From Balanoglossus misakiensis (Eukaryota; Animalia; Hemichordata), in assembly GCA_040954595.2 (NCBI GenBank), contig CM082578.2, positions 17,739,912 through 17,803,911 of the forward strand: a stretch of 64,000 bases of DNA, in the 5' to 3' direction. The notes under the pieces are model-generated. The model was not told where the DNA came from. It made no database searches and worked only from the letters and a program-made list of their open reading frames with translations. Both the position numbers and the translations under genes were made by a program. Every line of letters begins with the position of its first letter. Within the stretch, counting starts at the first letter, position 1. Below, in pieces: positions 1 to 11,273 of the stretch.

Positions 1-3000
1 TGGTGTCTGTGGAACACTGTCTGGGTTCAGCTCCAGGGCCTCAGATCTCAGGAATGGTGCAAACTCTCCCGTTTTCAGAGGTGGTGATTCCGGGGGTTGC
101 AGTGGTGGGGAATCGACCGCCGCCCGCGAGTATTGTTTTGTTCGTCGCCCCTCCGGTGAGTGGGAGCGGTGTCTTGTGGTGCGTCCCCCGACGGACGAGT
201 TGTAGCCCTGTCTCCGCGACAGTTGACCGTCTGGCGACATTGTTCGAATTCGACTCCTGATGGCGGGCACGGGCGGCGATGCTGACCTCTCCCTAGCGAC
301 CAGCCTCTCTGGGGCATTCAGCTCCTGCAGCAACAAGAGCTCCTGCTGTCGTTTGCGCAGACGTTCCTCTTTCTTGGCTCGATCCAACGTCAAGTCTTTC
401 TCGGATGCCTTCTTCACTTTCTTGCGGTTGACACTCGGTTTTCCCCACTGCGGTCGCTCGGACAACTTCTTGTACCGCTGTTTTGTCTTCTCTGCTTCGG
501 GCGACGGCGACCTCGTCACTTTTCTGGACTTCACTTCTTTCACGCGACCCCGTCCTCTCTCCGTGTTGTCACTTCTGTCAGCTTTATTTTGAGGTTTGCC
601 CACCGGTTTGAACTTGAACTCCACACCTGCACTGTCTTCTCTAGCAATTCTTTCCAGATTTGGTGGTAGACCGTTCTGATTGGAATACTGAAATTCTACA
701 GAAAAAACACACACAAAATCACTTTAATTTTACATCAAAATGTATCAATGTGATTTCAGCTACATTTCACTGAGCTCTAGGAATGTTCATTTATACCACA
801 GCTCCACTCTGATCTTATGTGTGACCTTTACAAACAATTGTCGTTCAAAGCAGTACAAGTAGGGCATGTGAGGAGATTTGTTGACTGACCGCATCACGAC
901 ACATCACCATATCACATCACACCAACCCTTCAACACACTTCACCAAACGATAACAGTCTCTGTGCCCCCCCCCCCCTTCATTTAATTCCACACTATCCAC
1001 CCTATGACACACTCTCTGACCTGTTTGAATCGCTTCATCCTTGACTGGTGACAATGGCTCCTCAGTCCTGTGTATTGAACGGAAATCTTCTCCCTGACCT
1101 TGATGACTCAGAATTGAAGGGTCAACCACGCCCGATCTGGGTGAAAATTGCTCTGCAGGGAACACCATTCCTCTTGGAGTTACATCAGGCGAGTGGTGGA
1201 CTGCCAGAAGAAAATAGAGTTCCAACGTCAAATTATAACATTCATAAAAACTAGATAACTAACTAGATTTTCACATATGAAAATACCGCCAAGAACTCGG
1301 TCTCTTTAATATCTGGTTTTGATAATTTTACCAGCACATGGATGTCTGGATTCATTTCAAACTCACCATCCCAACTTTTCTTTAAATGCCGCACATCATG
1401 TCCACCATCAATCAAATGTTGCATTCTTCGTGCGTGTTTCTCTTGAGCTGCTTGTTCTTGGGCAAGTTGCATACTCATCATTAGCGCTCGTGTTTTCCGA
1501 TCTACTTCCTCCTGTTCAAATATAAACAGATACACATCACATGCAATTGTTCAATAAATTGTATTGCTATTCATAAAGTACACAAGATTTCTGATCTAAT
1601 AGTTCATCTTTTGCAGCCTGGTGACTTGTGATGTCATTCAGAAGACAGGTTCATTCTGTGGGGCTTAGTTGGAACAGAAATCCATTCTTGCTGTGAGTCA
1701 ACAAAGGGACTCTCACTGAAACCTTCCCAAAGTTTAAGAACTATACCTCTTTTTGCCTCTGTTTCTGTTGGTCTTGATTGAACTTTGATTGCAGTTCAGC
1801 TCTTTCTAACGCCAGTCTTCTCTCTTCTACCATTTCTTCTCTCCTCATTTTTTCCTCTTCTTCTCTTTTCTTCTTCAACTTCTCCTCCACCTGTGCCTTG
1901 ATTGCCATCTGTTGAAAGTGAAAGTGAAAGCTACCTGCTAAAAGTCTCTATGTCAACAAACTGATTTTCTGACACTGGTTTTGAGACAGAGTTGTCAAGT
2001 GCAAAGCTACCCACAACATGGAATGGCAAGAAGAGATTGGACATAACACATGTAGGGAAGCCAGATTCCCTTAACTTGAGCAAGACATCGACTGACTGCT
2101 TATTCTTGTGAATTGGATGCTTCATAAAAGACATTTATAAGATAATAACCTGGTGTTCTAATTGTTTTTGTCTTGCTTTTTCAAGCCTTTCTTTTTCTGT
2201 TGGATCCATCAATAACTGGTGGCCTTTTCCCCTTGCATGGATTCTACAAAGAAACAGAAAATGCCGATTGTCATCTTGGTTGTAGCTCAAGGGATGGACA
2301 GTTATGTTCATGTGCCCCTTTTCACAAGACAGACACATGAAAGGACATGCAGAAAAAAGGATTGATCCTATCTCAAAGAGGACTGATCCCATCTCGAAAG
2401 TCATACCCTTTTTACATGTAAAATTAACAACACATGTTGCTTTAAAATCTTACATTTCACTGGCTGCATTGTTGGGGTTAGCTATAGACAATTTGACTGG
2501 TATATCATATCCAGGATCAGCTGTCTGTGGTGCACTCTTGGACTGATTCTCAAAATCTCTTGCAGCATTCAACTCCGGCTCTGTGTGGGTCATTTTGGTC
2601 TTGATGGAGGCATCATCAACCACTTGCTTGGGACCCACAGACTGGTATCTTGGATTCTGTGGTTGGCCTCGGATTGTGTCGAACTGATCAGCCCAGGTTT
2701 CCTGAAAACCTTGCTGGCGTTCTCGTCTTTCCCGATCTTTTTTGTTTCTTATTTCTTGTCTCTGTTTCTCTGCAATCAAACCGGTCATTGAAAAGTGGTG
2801 TTAATCTCGTCAATCTCTACTTGACACTGCACCTTGAGTTCACAATGTCCAATGCAAAGGAAAGAAACAGTTAATCACCTAATTCCTCCAACCATTGCTG
2901 CCGTTCTTGTCTTTTTGTTGCACTGTGTTGATGTTCCCTGGGAGAGCCTTCTCCCAGAACAAAGGAACTTCTCATTGCGGCCGGCACCTTGTCCGGTGAA

Positions 3001-5879
3001 GGCTGGGCTCTAGAGGGCGCCGTTCTCTCCACGGGTTCCCTGGTTGGTTCTACAGTGTGTCTTGGTTGTGGAATCGGTGGCTGACAATAAACGAGAAAAT
3101 TCATGCTAAGTGATATGATGACACACATAATGGCACACTTTGGGTCATCTACCTATGAACTTTTCATCCTCAGATTTGACAAGCAAACTGCCAAACTCTT
3201 TATACAACATGTCTTGTACAGATGAAGACATTTTCAAAGACATAAACTAACTAACCTTCTGTTCAGTTGCTGTCATGGCATAATTTTTGTTTGGAGCACC
3301 ACCCCCTGACTTGCCAAAGGGATCCCATTCGTGGAAAGACTCCTGCATTTGATTTTCCTGAGTTTTCTTCCAGCTTTTCCGCGTCTCTTGGTCTTGCCTC
3401 TTCAAAGCCACTTGCTCAGCTGTGAATATGCAAAAAAAAACAGGTTTCAGTGAGTTGGTACCGTCGTCTACCACCTACCAACTAGCCCTAAGGAAAGTAT
3501 AAGTTGGGTGACTGGCATCACACAAACAGGTTTCTCATGTGTATGTATAAAACCATAAAATCAAATGAGATCTACCTACAATTCCCACAGACAAGACATT
3601 TGACATTTGAAATCCTTCCTCATTGCTGGTTTTTCACTCACCAAGCTCTTGTTTCCACTGTTCTCTTTTCTTTTCAGCCAAGGATCTGTCATTGTAACCT
3701 GTCATACCAATATTCCCCATACCAACTGTGTGAGCCTTGTCGTCTGATGCCATTATTTGCTGTAATTTTTCAGCTCTGCTCTCAGCCATTCTGCTTCTCC
3801 TCTCCTCTGGCACAGCCCCCGTATCCTTGGTAACGGCCACATCTTCCCTCACATTTATCTTTTCTGGTTTGGCTGTTTCTCTTCCGCTTGCCTTGTTTAC
3901 CTCTTCTTCACCTCGGGTTTCTTCTTGTTTTGTAACTGGTCTCTCCTTCTCTCCGCTCTCACCTGCTTTGCTTCCTTCTGCAAAAATTAAGATACAGTTA
4001 TCATTCAATCAATCCACAGGATTTTTTTCTCCTCGTCGACCAACAATTTTTTTTTTCCTGTTTTCCCCAAATTATGAAAACAATGAAACAGAAACACCCT
4101 CTAACAGACCATTTTACAAGCAAACAAGAACATCAAAGTTTCGTGCTGTCCATAATACTCACCCTTCATAGCCATTGCAGCTTCCAATTGTGCAGATGTA
4201 CCAATAGCTGACAAGATGGCTTGTAACTGTTCCTTGGTCAGAGTCACAGTATCACTGTATTTTTTACCCCCATTGTCTTTCTGACTCGCATCTTTCTTGG
4301 AATTCTTAGTTTCTTTTCCTTTCCTCACAGACATTGCATTTTTCTTGATGAAATCAACAGCTGGCTTCTTCTTTTCTGTCTCAGCATTCTCACTGTTCTC
4401 TGCATTTTTATTCCCTGAGGCCTCATTTTGTCTGAGGACACTTGTTCTCTTGGCAGGTTTTGGTGGTGGATTTGCCTCTGTGCCCTCCACTCTGCGCAGG
4501 GGAAACTTTTGAGCTTTCCTCTTGTAACTGAACTGTTAAAATACAAACAAGATATTGTAAATGACAAGGTTATACAAAATGGCCAGTCATTGTCATTCAT
4601 TTATGCTTTCCAAACTTGATCACCTTTTTCCTTGTTTGCAGTTTTAACCTTTGCAGGTCTATACCATAACACAGTGGCAGAATGGTGAGTGACACAGTTT
4701 GACCAGAGACATCAATGTATGGCACTGATAACGAGTTACAGTCATCACATAGATAAGTACTTTTTACAATGAAAATTTGTCTCGCCAGGTAATAATCAAA
4801 TTATGATCAGTTAACAATCTCATCACTATCATCTCACTCTACTCTGGTAATTAAACTGTACTGACTTGTCAATGTAAAACAATTTACTAGTAAGTATTCC
4901 TCTGTACTTACTTTCTTTGACTTTTTGGGCTCAGGATCTGTAAATAAGCAGAAAAAAACACCACCTCTGTTATAACTAAGGAAGGATTATATCAAATGTC
5001 ATAAATTTAATAAAATTTCATGATCAAGGAAAATACACAAGTAAACAGCTATAAAGTGTGCCTTTTAGTCTTTCAGACTCACATGATTGACGGGAAACTC
5101 GGCTTACCTCCAAATAGATAGATTCCTGCACTGCCCTGCTTAGCAAGGGCTGCAATACGTAATCCTTCACTGAAAGAGAAGCAACAAGATGAGGATCAGA
5201 TGGGTTGATGGCATGCAAGATAGGAAATTACAAGTCGTTTTTCAAAAGAAACTTTAAAAGGTAAGGGGACTTACGTATTGGCGACACGTATTTCACTTAA
5301 GACCCCGCGAGTGTCCATTTCTGTTGTATTTTACATGTAAAATTATTCGACAATGTACTGCTGATGATATTCCTATGACCGCAATATTACCAACTCAACA
5401 CAATAACCAAATCAGAACCACCAACTGGTTTCCTCGACTGATCTGTGGCCGTTATCGTTTTCAAAAATAAATGCCCGGGTTTTTATTGTGGTGGTAAACA
5501 AAGAAGTTGACGAAGATTGGTTCACGATTTGTGCATGAGGGCTGTCATGTTGGAACACATCTAACGAGCTGAGATTACAATTCGTCGTTTGGCTTTGTTG
5601 ATAAACTTCACACATGTCAACAGCGCGCACGTGAAATCAGCGCGTAACAACGCGATAGTTTCACTGCTGTTGTTTAACTGATTATATTATGTCTGCAGTG
5701 CAGATCGGCAGCAATATATGGGGTTCCGTCCTAGTTTACTCTTAGAAAGTCGTGTATTTTGGTAAATGCGTGTACATTGTATCGTAGTGTACGTGATCTA
5801 AAAATTAAAATAGTTGGTGGGCAACGACACTGATTGAAATTTTTCACCGATCAGCGTTATATACTTACCCTGTATTCAT
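1..5879 (-). CDS. CCDC66: Coiled-coil domain-containing protein 66 (centriolar-satellite/ciliary microtubule-binding protein); 3' end lies beyond the window
   Basis: Phase-consistent GT-AG exons (minus strand): 5879-5869, 5169-5108, 4937-4912, 4532-4163, 3977-3642, 3419-3256, 3080-2879, 2769-2454, 2243-2150, 1908-1747, 1511-1367, 1200-1021, 695-<1. The N-terminus MNTGEGLRI resembles vertebrate MNLGDGLKL. Diagnostic segments: PAAMRSSFVLGE...RQQWLEEL; LMDPTEKERLEKARQKQLEHQMAIKAQVEEK; MQLAQEQA...GGHDVRHL; RPQWG...KASEK...EERLRKRQQELLLL; SPPVPAIR. Identity is from recalled family motifs. Confidence 0.88.
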
Positions 5880-5882
5880 CTC

Positions 5883-5903
5883 TTAGCATTTGAAGTTTCC
5901 CAT
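5883..5903 (-). promoter_or_regulatory. Short upstream ORF (MGNFKC*) ending 3 nt before the CCDC66 ATG
   Basis: The minus strand reads caacATGGGAAACTTCAAATGCTAAgagATGAATACAGG|gtaagt. It is only a uORF if the TSS lies upstream of 5903. Confidence 0.4.
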
Positions 5904-6534
5904 GTTGTATTCTCTAGCGTTATTTGGCCCGAAGGTTACAGATCTTCGATCCGGTTCACCTTTCCAACACAAGAATCAACATGAATACAGTTCATCGACA
6001 TTCGTTGTTAGGAATCCATTTTATGATTAAGGTCAGGGGTCAAAGGGAACCATCACCAAATACGGCCACTGAGGGCGACGTGTAACCACTCCCTCAGCGA
6101 TTTTATTGTTTGTTTGTTGTTGTTGATTGGCACCATAAACAAATACATATGTCTTTATTAATAAATATGGTTTGTTGACATGTAAGGGTTAGGGTATATT
6201 CAACGGTTAGGGCTAGTGTTGGGATTTTTTTCGGGCCGGGCATCACTAAGCCACAAAAACACAGTGGAGTCGTATGTTTAAGAACAATTTTGTAAACAAT
6301 TTATTTCCAATAACAAGATTTTAGTTAAAATAGCTGTGGTACAATTACTGTGAACATTGGGGAAATATAAAATTTTCGATTGAATTTTTTAAAATAAGCT
6401 GGCACCTGACCTCTGAGATACAAAAATATATCTTGTGTATAAAAGTTTGTCCAAGATGATAACACAGTCTTGAGGTATGGCAGTCCCTGTGGATTAAGTT
6501 TGGCTTTAAAAGCATCTTTACCAGAAAAGCTCTA

Positions 6535-6540
6535 TTTATT
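6535..6540 (-). terminator. Candidate RAD52 polyadenylation signal (AATAAA)
   Basis: tttatt on the plus strand, about 110 nt past the RAD52 stop codon at 6647. Confidence 0.45.
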
Positions 6541-6646
6541 TTGACTTCCCTAAAAAAGTAAAATGTCAAACATCAATAACTGTGCAATTAGATGATGAGG
6601 TAATGGTTGATGGTAGTAGCATCTTACACACACAGACTGTGACTGA

Positions 6647-9600
6647 TCACACTGAATCCATTTTCCTTCTCTTTGCAGTACAGAATTCTAAGATGAAAAG
6701 AAATGGAGAAAGTTATTATACATGTATAAATGGACTTGGTTTTACACAGAACAGACATCTTTTTGACTGGCAAATCGTGTTATCTTCACCATGACAACAA
6801 CAACGTACAGACTTGCTTCAAATCTCACCATTACCAGGATTAGGCAAAAAAAACTATTATAACTGTTGCAACTTGCTTCTACCCTATGCAGTATCCATCT
6901 ACAAAACATGGAGTAAGAATTATTTTATATACCATTTCACAATGGCACTTACCAGAATTCGTCCTGTCACAAGCTAAACCACGACCAGTGATGATCCCAT
7001 GATTTTTCTGTCGAGTGTTGTAGGGTGTTTTCACATTTGGGAAATGTTGATTGATTCTACCATTGCTTGTATTCGCCGGTGAATTTCTGGGAGTTTTGCC
7101 CTGATTCTCTTTGGCCATTCCACTGTGGCTGTATGCACCACTGGTAGGTCGAGCAGTTTGGTTGGCACTGCGCTGTTTAGTTTCCATGGTTTCCACTTGG
7201 CATGATGCATCATCCTTGGCTATCTGGGATGCCCAAAATGCTGGATCGTCTAGGGAAAAAATACAGGAAAAAAAGATATTTCAGAACGGGACTTGTAGCA
7301 CAACATCACACAATCTCAAAATTGGATGATTTATCTACATAATGATATGCCTAATTTTTCATACAACTTACATATATAGAGCACAGTGGATATCCATTGT
7401 GTGATGTACATGATCTGTTTTTTTTAAATATGATAGATTTATATTACACATTAGACAACTCTACCTTCACACATGAGTAAATCCTCGAGTGGTGTTTCCA
7501 GGACAGCATCCAGGAACACTTCATCTTGGGGTTGTAATGTTATCCCAGTTGTTGTTGTTGTTGTTGTTTGTGGTGGTGGCGGCGGTAGATGCTGTGTTTC
7601 AATATTTGCAGCGTTCGCAGGTAGTGGATCGAGTGGTGTTGATGTTGCCAGGGGTGATAATTTATCTGCAAGAACGAGTTTTGAAGAGTCATGTCTTTGA
7701 ATCAATGTGAAAGAAAGTGTAAAGGTTGAGTCACGGTCCATCTACATGGACTGTGGATGAGCAGAACCAACACAGAGCAAATACGTTTTTTACGGATTCT
7801 TAGAGCATATTTTTGATAACAACCTCTATGATATCACACTAAAATCACATTTACCAAGTGCTGAAAGTTCATCTGTTGTGTTGGGCTGCTTCTGCTGTTG
7901 TTGCTTTTTCCTCAAATTTTCTCTGAATTCCTGCTGTTTTTGTTGTTGCCTTAGTTTCCTTTGTTGGAGAATTTCTTCGGCTGTTGGAGCTTTCGGAGGT
8001 GGCAACTGAGGACTGCTTTAAAAGAAACATGTATTTCATGTATCAGTTGATAAGAAAAACATGATTTTCTCCTTTTATTGTGAATTTTAAATATTAGACT
8101 TATTATGGTAAATAACAGGCCACATGCCCACAAACATCACCAATACAGAAGATTATCACATACATGTAAATCAGTGATGTAAATGCAATAGAAAGGTATA
8201 TATATTCTTCTATTGTCACATATTACCTTGCAGTTGTGTGTTTGGCTGACACAGTTTCACACTCAGAAGACGATGCAGCAACTGAAGGGCAGTTCTTTGG
8301 TGTGTTTGCTACAGGATCGTTGTTGCCGGGGGTGTTGTCTGAGGGGCAGTTGTTGCTAGGGGTGTTGGTTAAGGGGCAGTTGTTGCTAGGTGTGTTGTCT
8401 GAGGGACGGTTGTTGCTAGGTGCATTGGCAGAGGGGCACCTGTTGCCAGGAGTGTTGACTGTATGGCAGGTGTTGAGATTGTTAATCGGCTGAAGAGGTG
8501 TTGCAGCAATTGGTTGTTTGGGTTTTGCATATCGGGCTTGTTCCAAAGTTTCATTGGTGTCATGTCGTTTCATCTCATTGACGTCAAAGGATGGCTGTGG
8601 CTGGTGGAAATAAAGTATGTTTCCGAATGGAAAATCAGTAGTGAACATAACAATTTTATATTTGTTTATCTAACCTTTCTCTCAATGAACTCTTTCCACA
8701 TGAATAACTTCTTTACATATGCATTGGTAAACAGATTCTGTAAATGGCTACTTACTGGTTTTGGAGCCCTGCCTATACACTTCAGATAAGTTTTGTCCCC
8801 CAAACAGTTTCCCAGACCATGACCAAAACTCCTGAAATACAAGACAGAAGAACATTTTTATAATGATGATTTATTTGGTAGACAGAATGTTATAGAGAGA
8901 TCACAATATGATGTACATGTATATTGCTCTCAAGAAAGTCTTACTTCAGCGCCCTCTTGAGTCCATCTGTAACAGCTTCTTTCCGAGCTTTCTCAATAGA
9001 CAAGGCTTTAGACTTCTGTCCTTCACTGACTCCATAACCAATATCTTCATGATACATTCCATCCTGAAGGATAAAGGCAAATGCTAAAATCAATGATTGT
9101 GAAACCAAAGCTTCAAATTGGGCTGAAAATGCCTTCCAATCTTGGATTAGAAAAAAAAATGAATTAAAAGGTGGAATCTTTACCAGTGGAGGTATATCAG
9201 GCCGGCAATACTTAAAACATAAATTTCTTTATTTACCGCTGCACAACTCAGAGAGAAAGGAAGTTACATTTGTGCTTGTATTTGCCGACTTATCATCAGA
9301 ACAGTATTCTATTATTGATTGATTTGTTCTTTTTAAGGAAACATCGAAGAACTGCAGCAGAACAAAAAAAAACATTGATTTTTGTGTGGGAAAAGCAAAA
9401 TCTGACATGGTAGATCTCCTTTACACCTCAAAGAAAAAGATGAAATATTGATCCATATTTCAAAGTACAAGTATCAAGTTATGTTCGATTGAGGCAAATT
9501 CTTCACTTGACCAGGGACACATTAAGCTGTTTATTTTCAAATGTAGAATTCAAAATGCATCTGCAAAAAAGACGTTACCTTGAGTTGGACTTTAACAATG

Positions 9601-9864
9601 GCACTAACTCCAACATAATACTTCGGTCCAATCTGATCAACAAAATCTATGCACAGTAACAAGTGAGTACACATGTATAGGTAAAACAAAAGTATGAAAT
9701 AATGAGGATATTTGGTGATTTAGTCTACATGTACTTGTTACCGAATCATTCAATTACAAATTCTTGGAAGAATGAATATTTTGATGCTTTTGACATTCAA
9801 TACCTTGCTTCTCCCCCTCAAAAAAATAAACAAGTGCAAACAAACAAACAAACAAACAAGATAG

Positions 9865-9908
<44 letters not shown>

Positions 9909-10742
9909 TTTTGGGGAAATCAGAATGACAGAGAAATTTTGTTTTGTAAATAAGCATGATATAACATTGGTTCCTAGTTATCTTCTCATACTAAACTTAC
10001 CAATATTTTGATTAGTGATGGAATGTGACCATCCATTGAATCCAAATGTCTCATTTGCCAGTTGAACAATCCTCCAGCCCTCGATGTAAGCTAACTAAAA
10101 CACACACAGAAAAATGCAAAGAATATATGTAAACACATTGCCTTGTTTGATCACTTATGATCCTTGTTTTATCTTTATTTCTTATGCACATTGACCATCA
10201 TAATGTACTGTTTAGTAACTACCAACTTAGAAAAAGTCCCCTGTGCTGTGTTGTCAGAAGTCTTATAGTACCTTCTGTCCACCTGGACCAGTCCGTTGAC
10301 TAATGAATTCAGGTCCCAGTCGCTGACGTAGAGCAGCTTGTACAGCTTTGTGTTCATCTTCAGTAAATTCTGTCTGTTGAATCATCACAAACACAAAAAT
10401 ACATGTACATGTCCATATCTACTGACTTAAAATTCAGGCAAGGCAAGGCAAAGCCTGGGTCTTCTGTCGCGATCGATGATCGCTAATAAATCCATACATC
10501 CATCTCTATTGTTATTGAATGGAGGAGGGATCGGGGGTCCCGGAACGACGTCTATTCCTGCATTCACACGGAAAAGACAAGGGGATAATCGAAATTCGTA
10601 TGTACATTGCACACGTACGGAAAATGCGAAGCAACACTGTTTACGCGTCGATCGGTGTGCTTCTTTCGATCGTTACATCTCCGATCTCTGTACAAATCGC
10701 AAATTTTACCTGTCCGAAGCATGCTGTGTATGGTTTTGCCAT
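6647..10742 (-). CDS. RAD52: DNA repair/single-strand annealing protein RAD52 (about 521 aa, 11 coding exons)
   Basis: Exons (minus strand): 10742-10710, 10373-10272, 10094-10001, 9646-9579, 9063-8945, 8831-8756, 8600-8227, 8015-7855, 7665-7465, 7249-6953, 6687-6647. All are GT-AG and phase-consistent (1566 nt). The Rad52/Rad22 N-domain reads [80 protein letters not shown]...[64 protein letters not shown]. Also present are the [15 protein letters not shown] motif and a basic C-terminal NLS-like KRRKMDSV*. Confidence 0.96.
8280..8457 (-). repeat. Coding 30-bp tandem repeat (about 6 x 10 aa, [10 protein letters not shown]-like) in RAD52 exon 7
   Basis: Translation is [59 protein letters not shown]. 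The DNA repeats ggggcagttgttgctagg at 30-nt spacing. Confidence 0.85.
9837..9905. repeat. Compound microsatellite (AAAC)n + (TA)n in a RAD52 intron
   Basis: Directly visible: caaacaaac... followed by about 19 TA units. Confidence 0.95.
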
Positions 10743-11273
10743 CTCGAGCAACTCAAAGTAATTTTTTCTTGATCTCCTGAGACAGAAGCGTTAAAATTGA
10801 CACGGTTTCCGTCTTCTTCCGTGTTGTGTACGCTTTTTAAAATGCGCAAACTAAAGTTATTTGAATTTGTGCGCACTTTCCTCTTATTGACCAATCACAT
10901 CATTTCTTATAATTATATTCACGCTTGCCGTGAAACAATACCTTCATCATCACTTTCATTATCACCTGAAGTCTATTTTTGTCGAATTTGACCCTGTTGC
11001 CAGTTCATCTTCTCAATTATAGCGGTTTTCGATAACAAAACAGTTCACACTATATAACAAGTCATGAATAATTAATCATGAAGCCATTTTGGATGTCATT
11101 CGCCTCGTATAATGAATTCAAATCAGACAATGGCTCGGAGAAGTGCACCGTGACTGAGTAAGTTGGCGAAAATTCTCCCAAATATTGTTTGTTTTGTTCG
11201 TTGTTGATAGTTTTTACTTTACGATGAATAGGTATATTGTATAACCACCTCAGCGGCGAGTTCTTAGCCCAAA
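10743..11273. promoter_or_regulatory. Putative bidirectional promoter and 5'UTRs shared by RAD52 (-) and ERC (+)
   Basis: Divergent ATGs at 10742 and 11274. The region is locally CpG-rich compared with the gene bodies and has a CCAAT box (gaccaatca) near 10889-10897. Confidence 0.7.

Noticed and set aside
260-4512. Plus-strand Ser/Phe/Leu-rich ORFs (260-592, 3737-4171, 4297-4512)
   Set aside because: These are antisense shadows of the Lys/Glu/Arg-rich CCDC66 exons.
10175-10357. [19 protein letters not shown]... from the ORF track
   Set aside because: Wrong frame. The real exon (10373-10272) encodes RAD52 [23 protein letters not shown].
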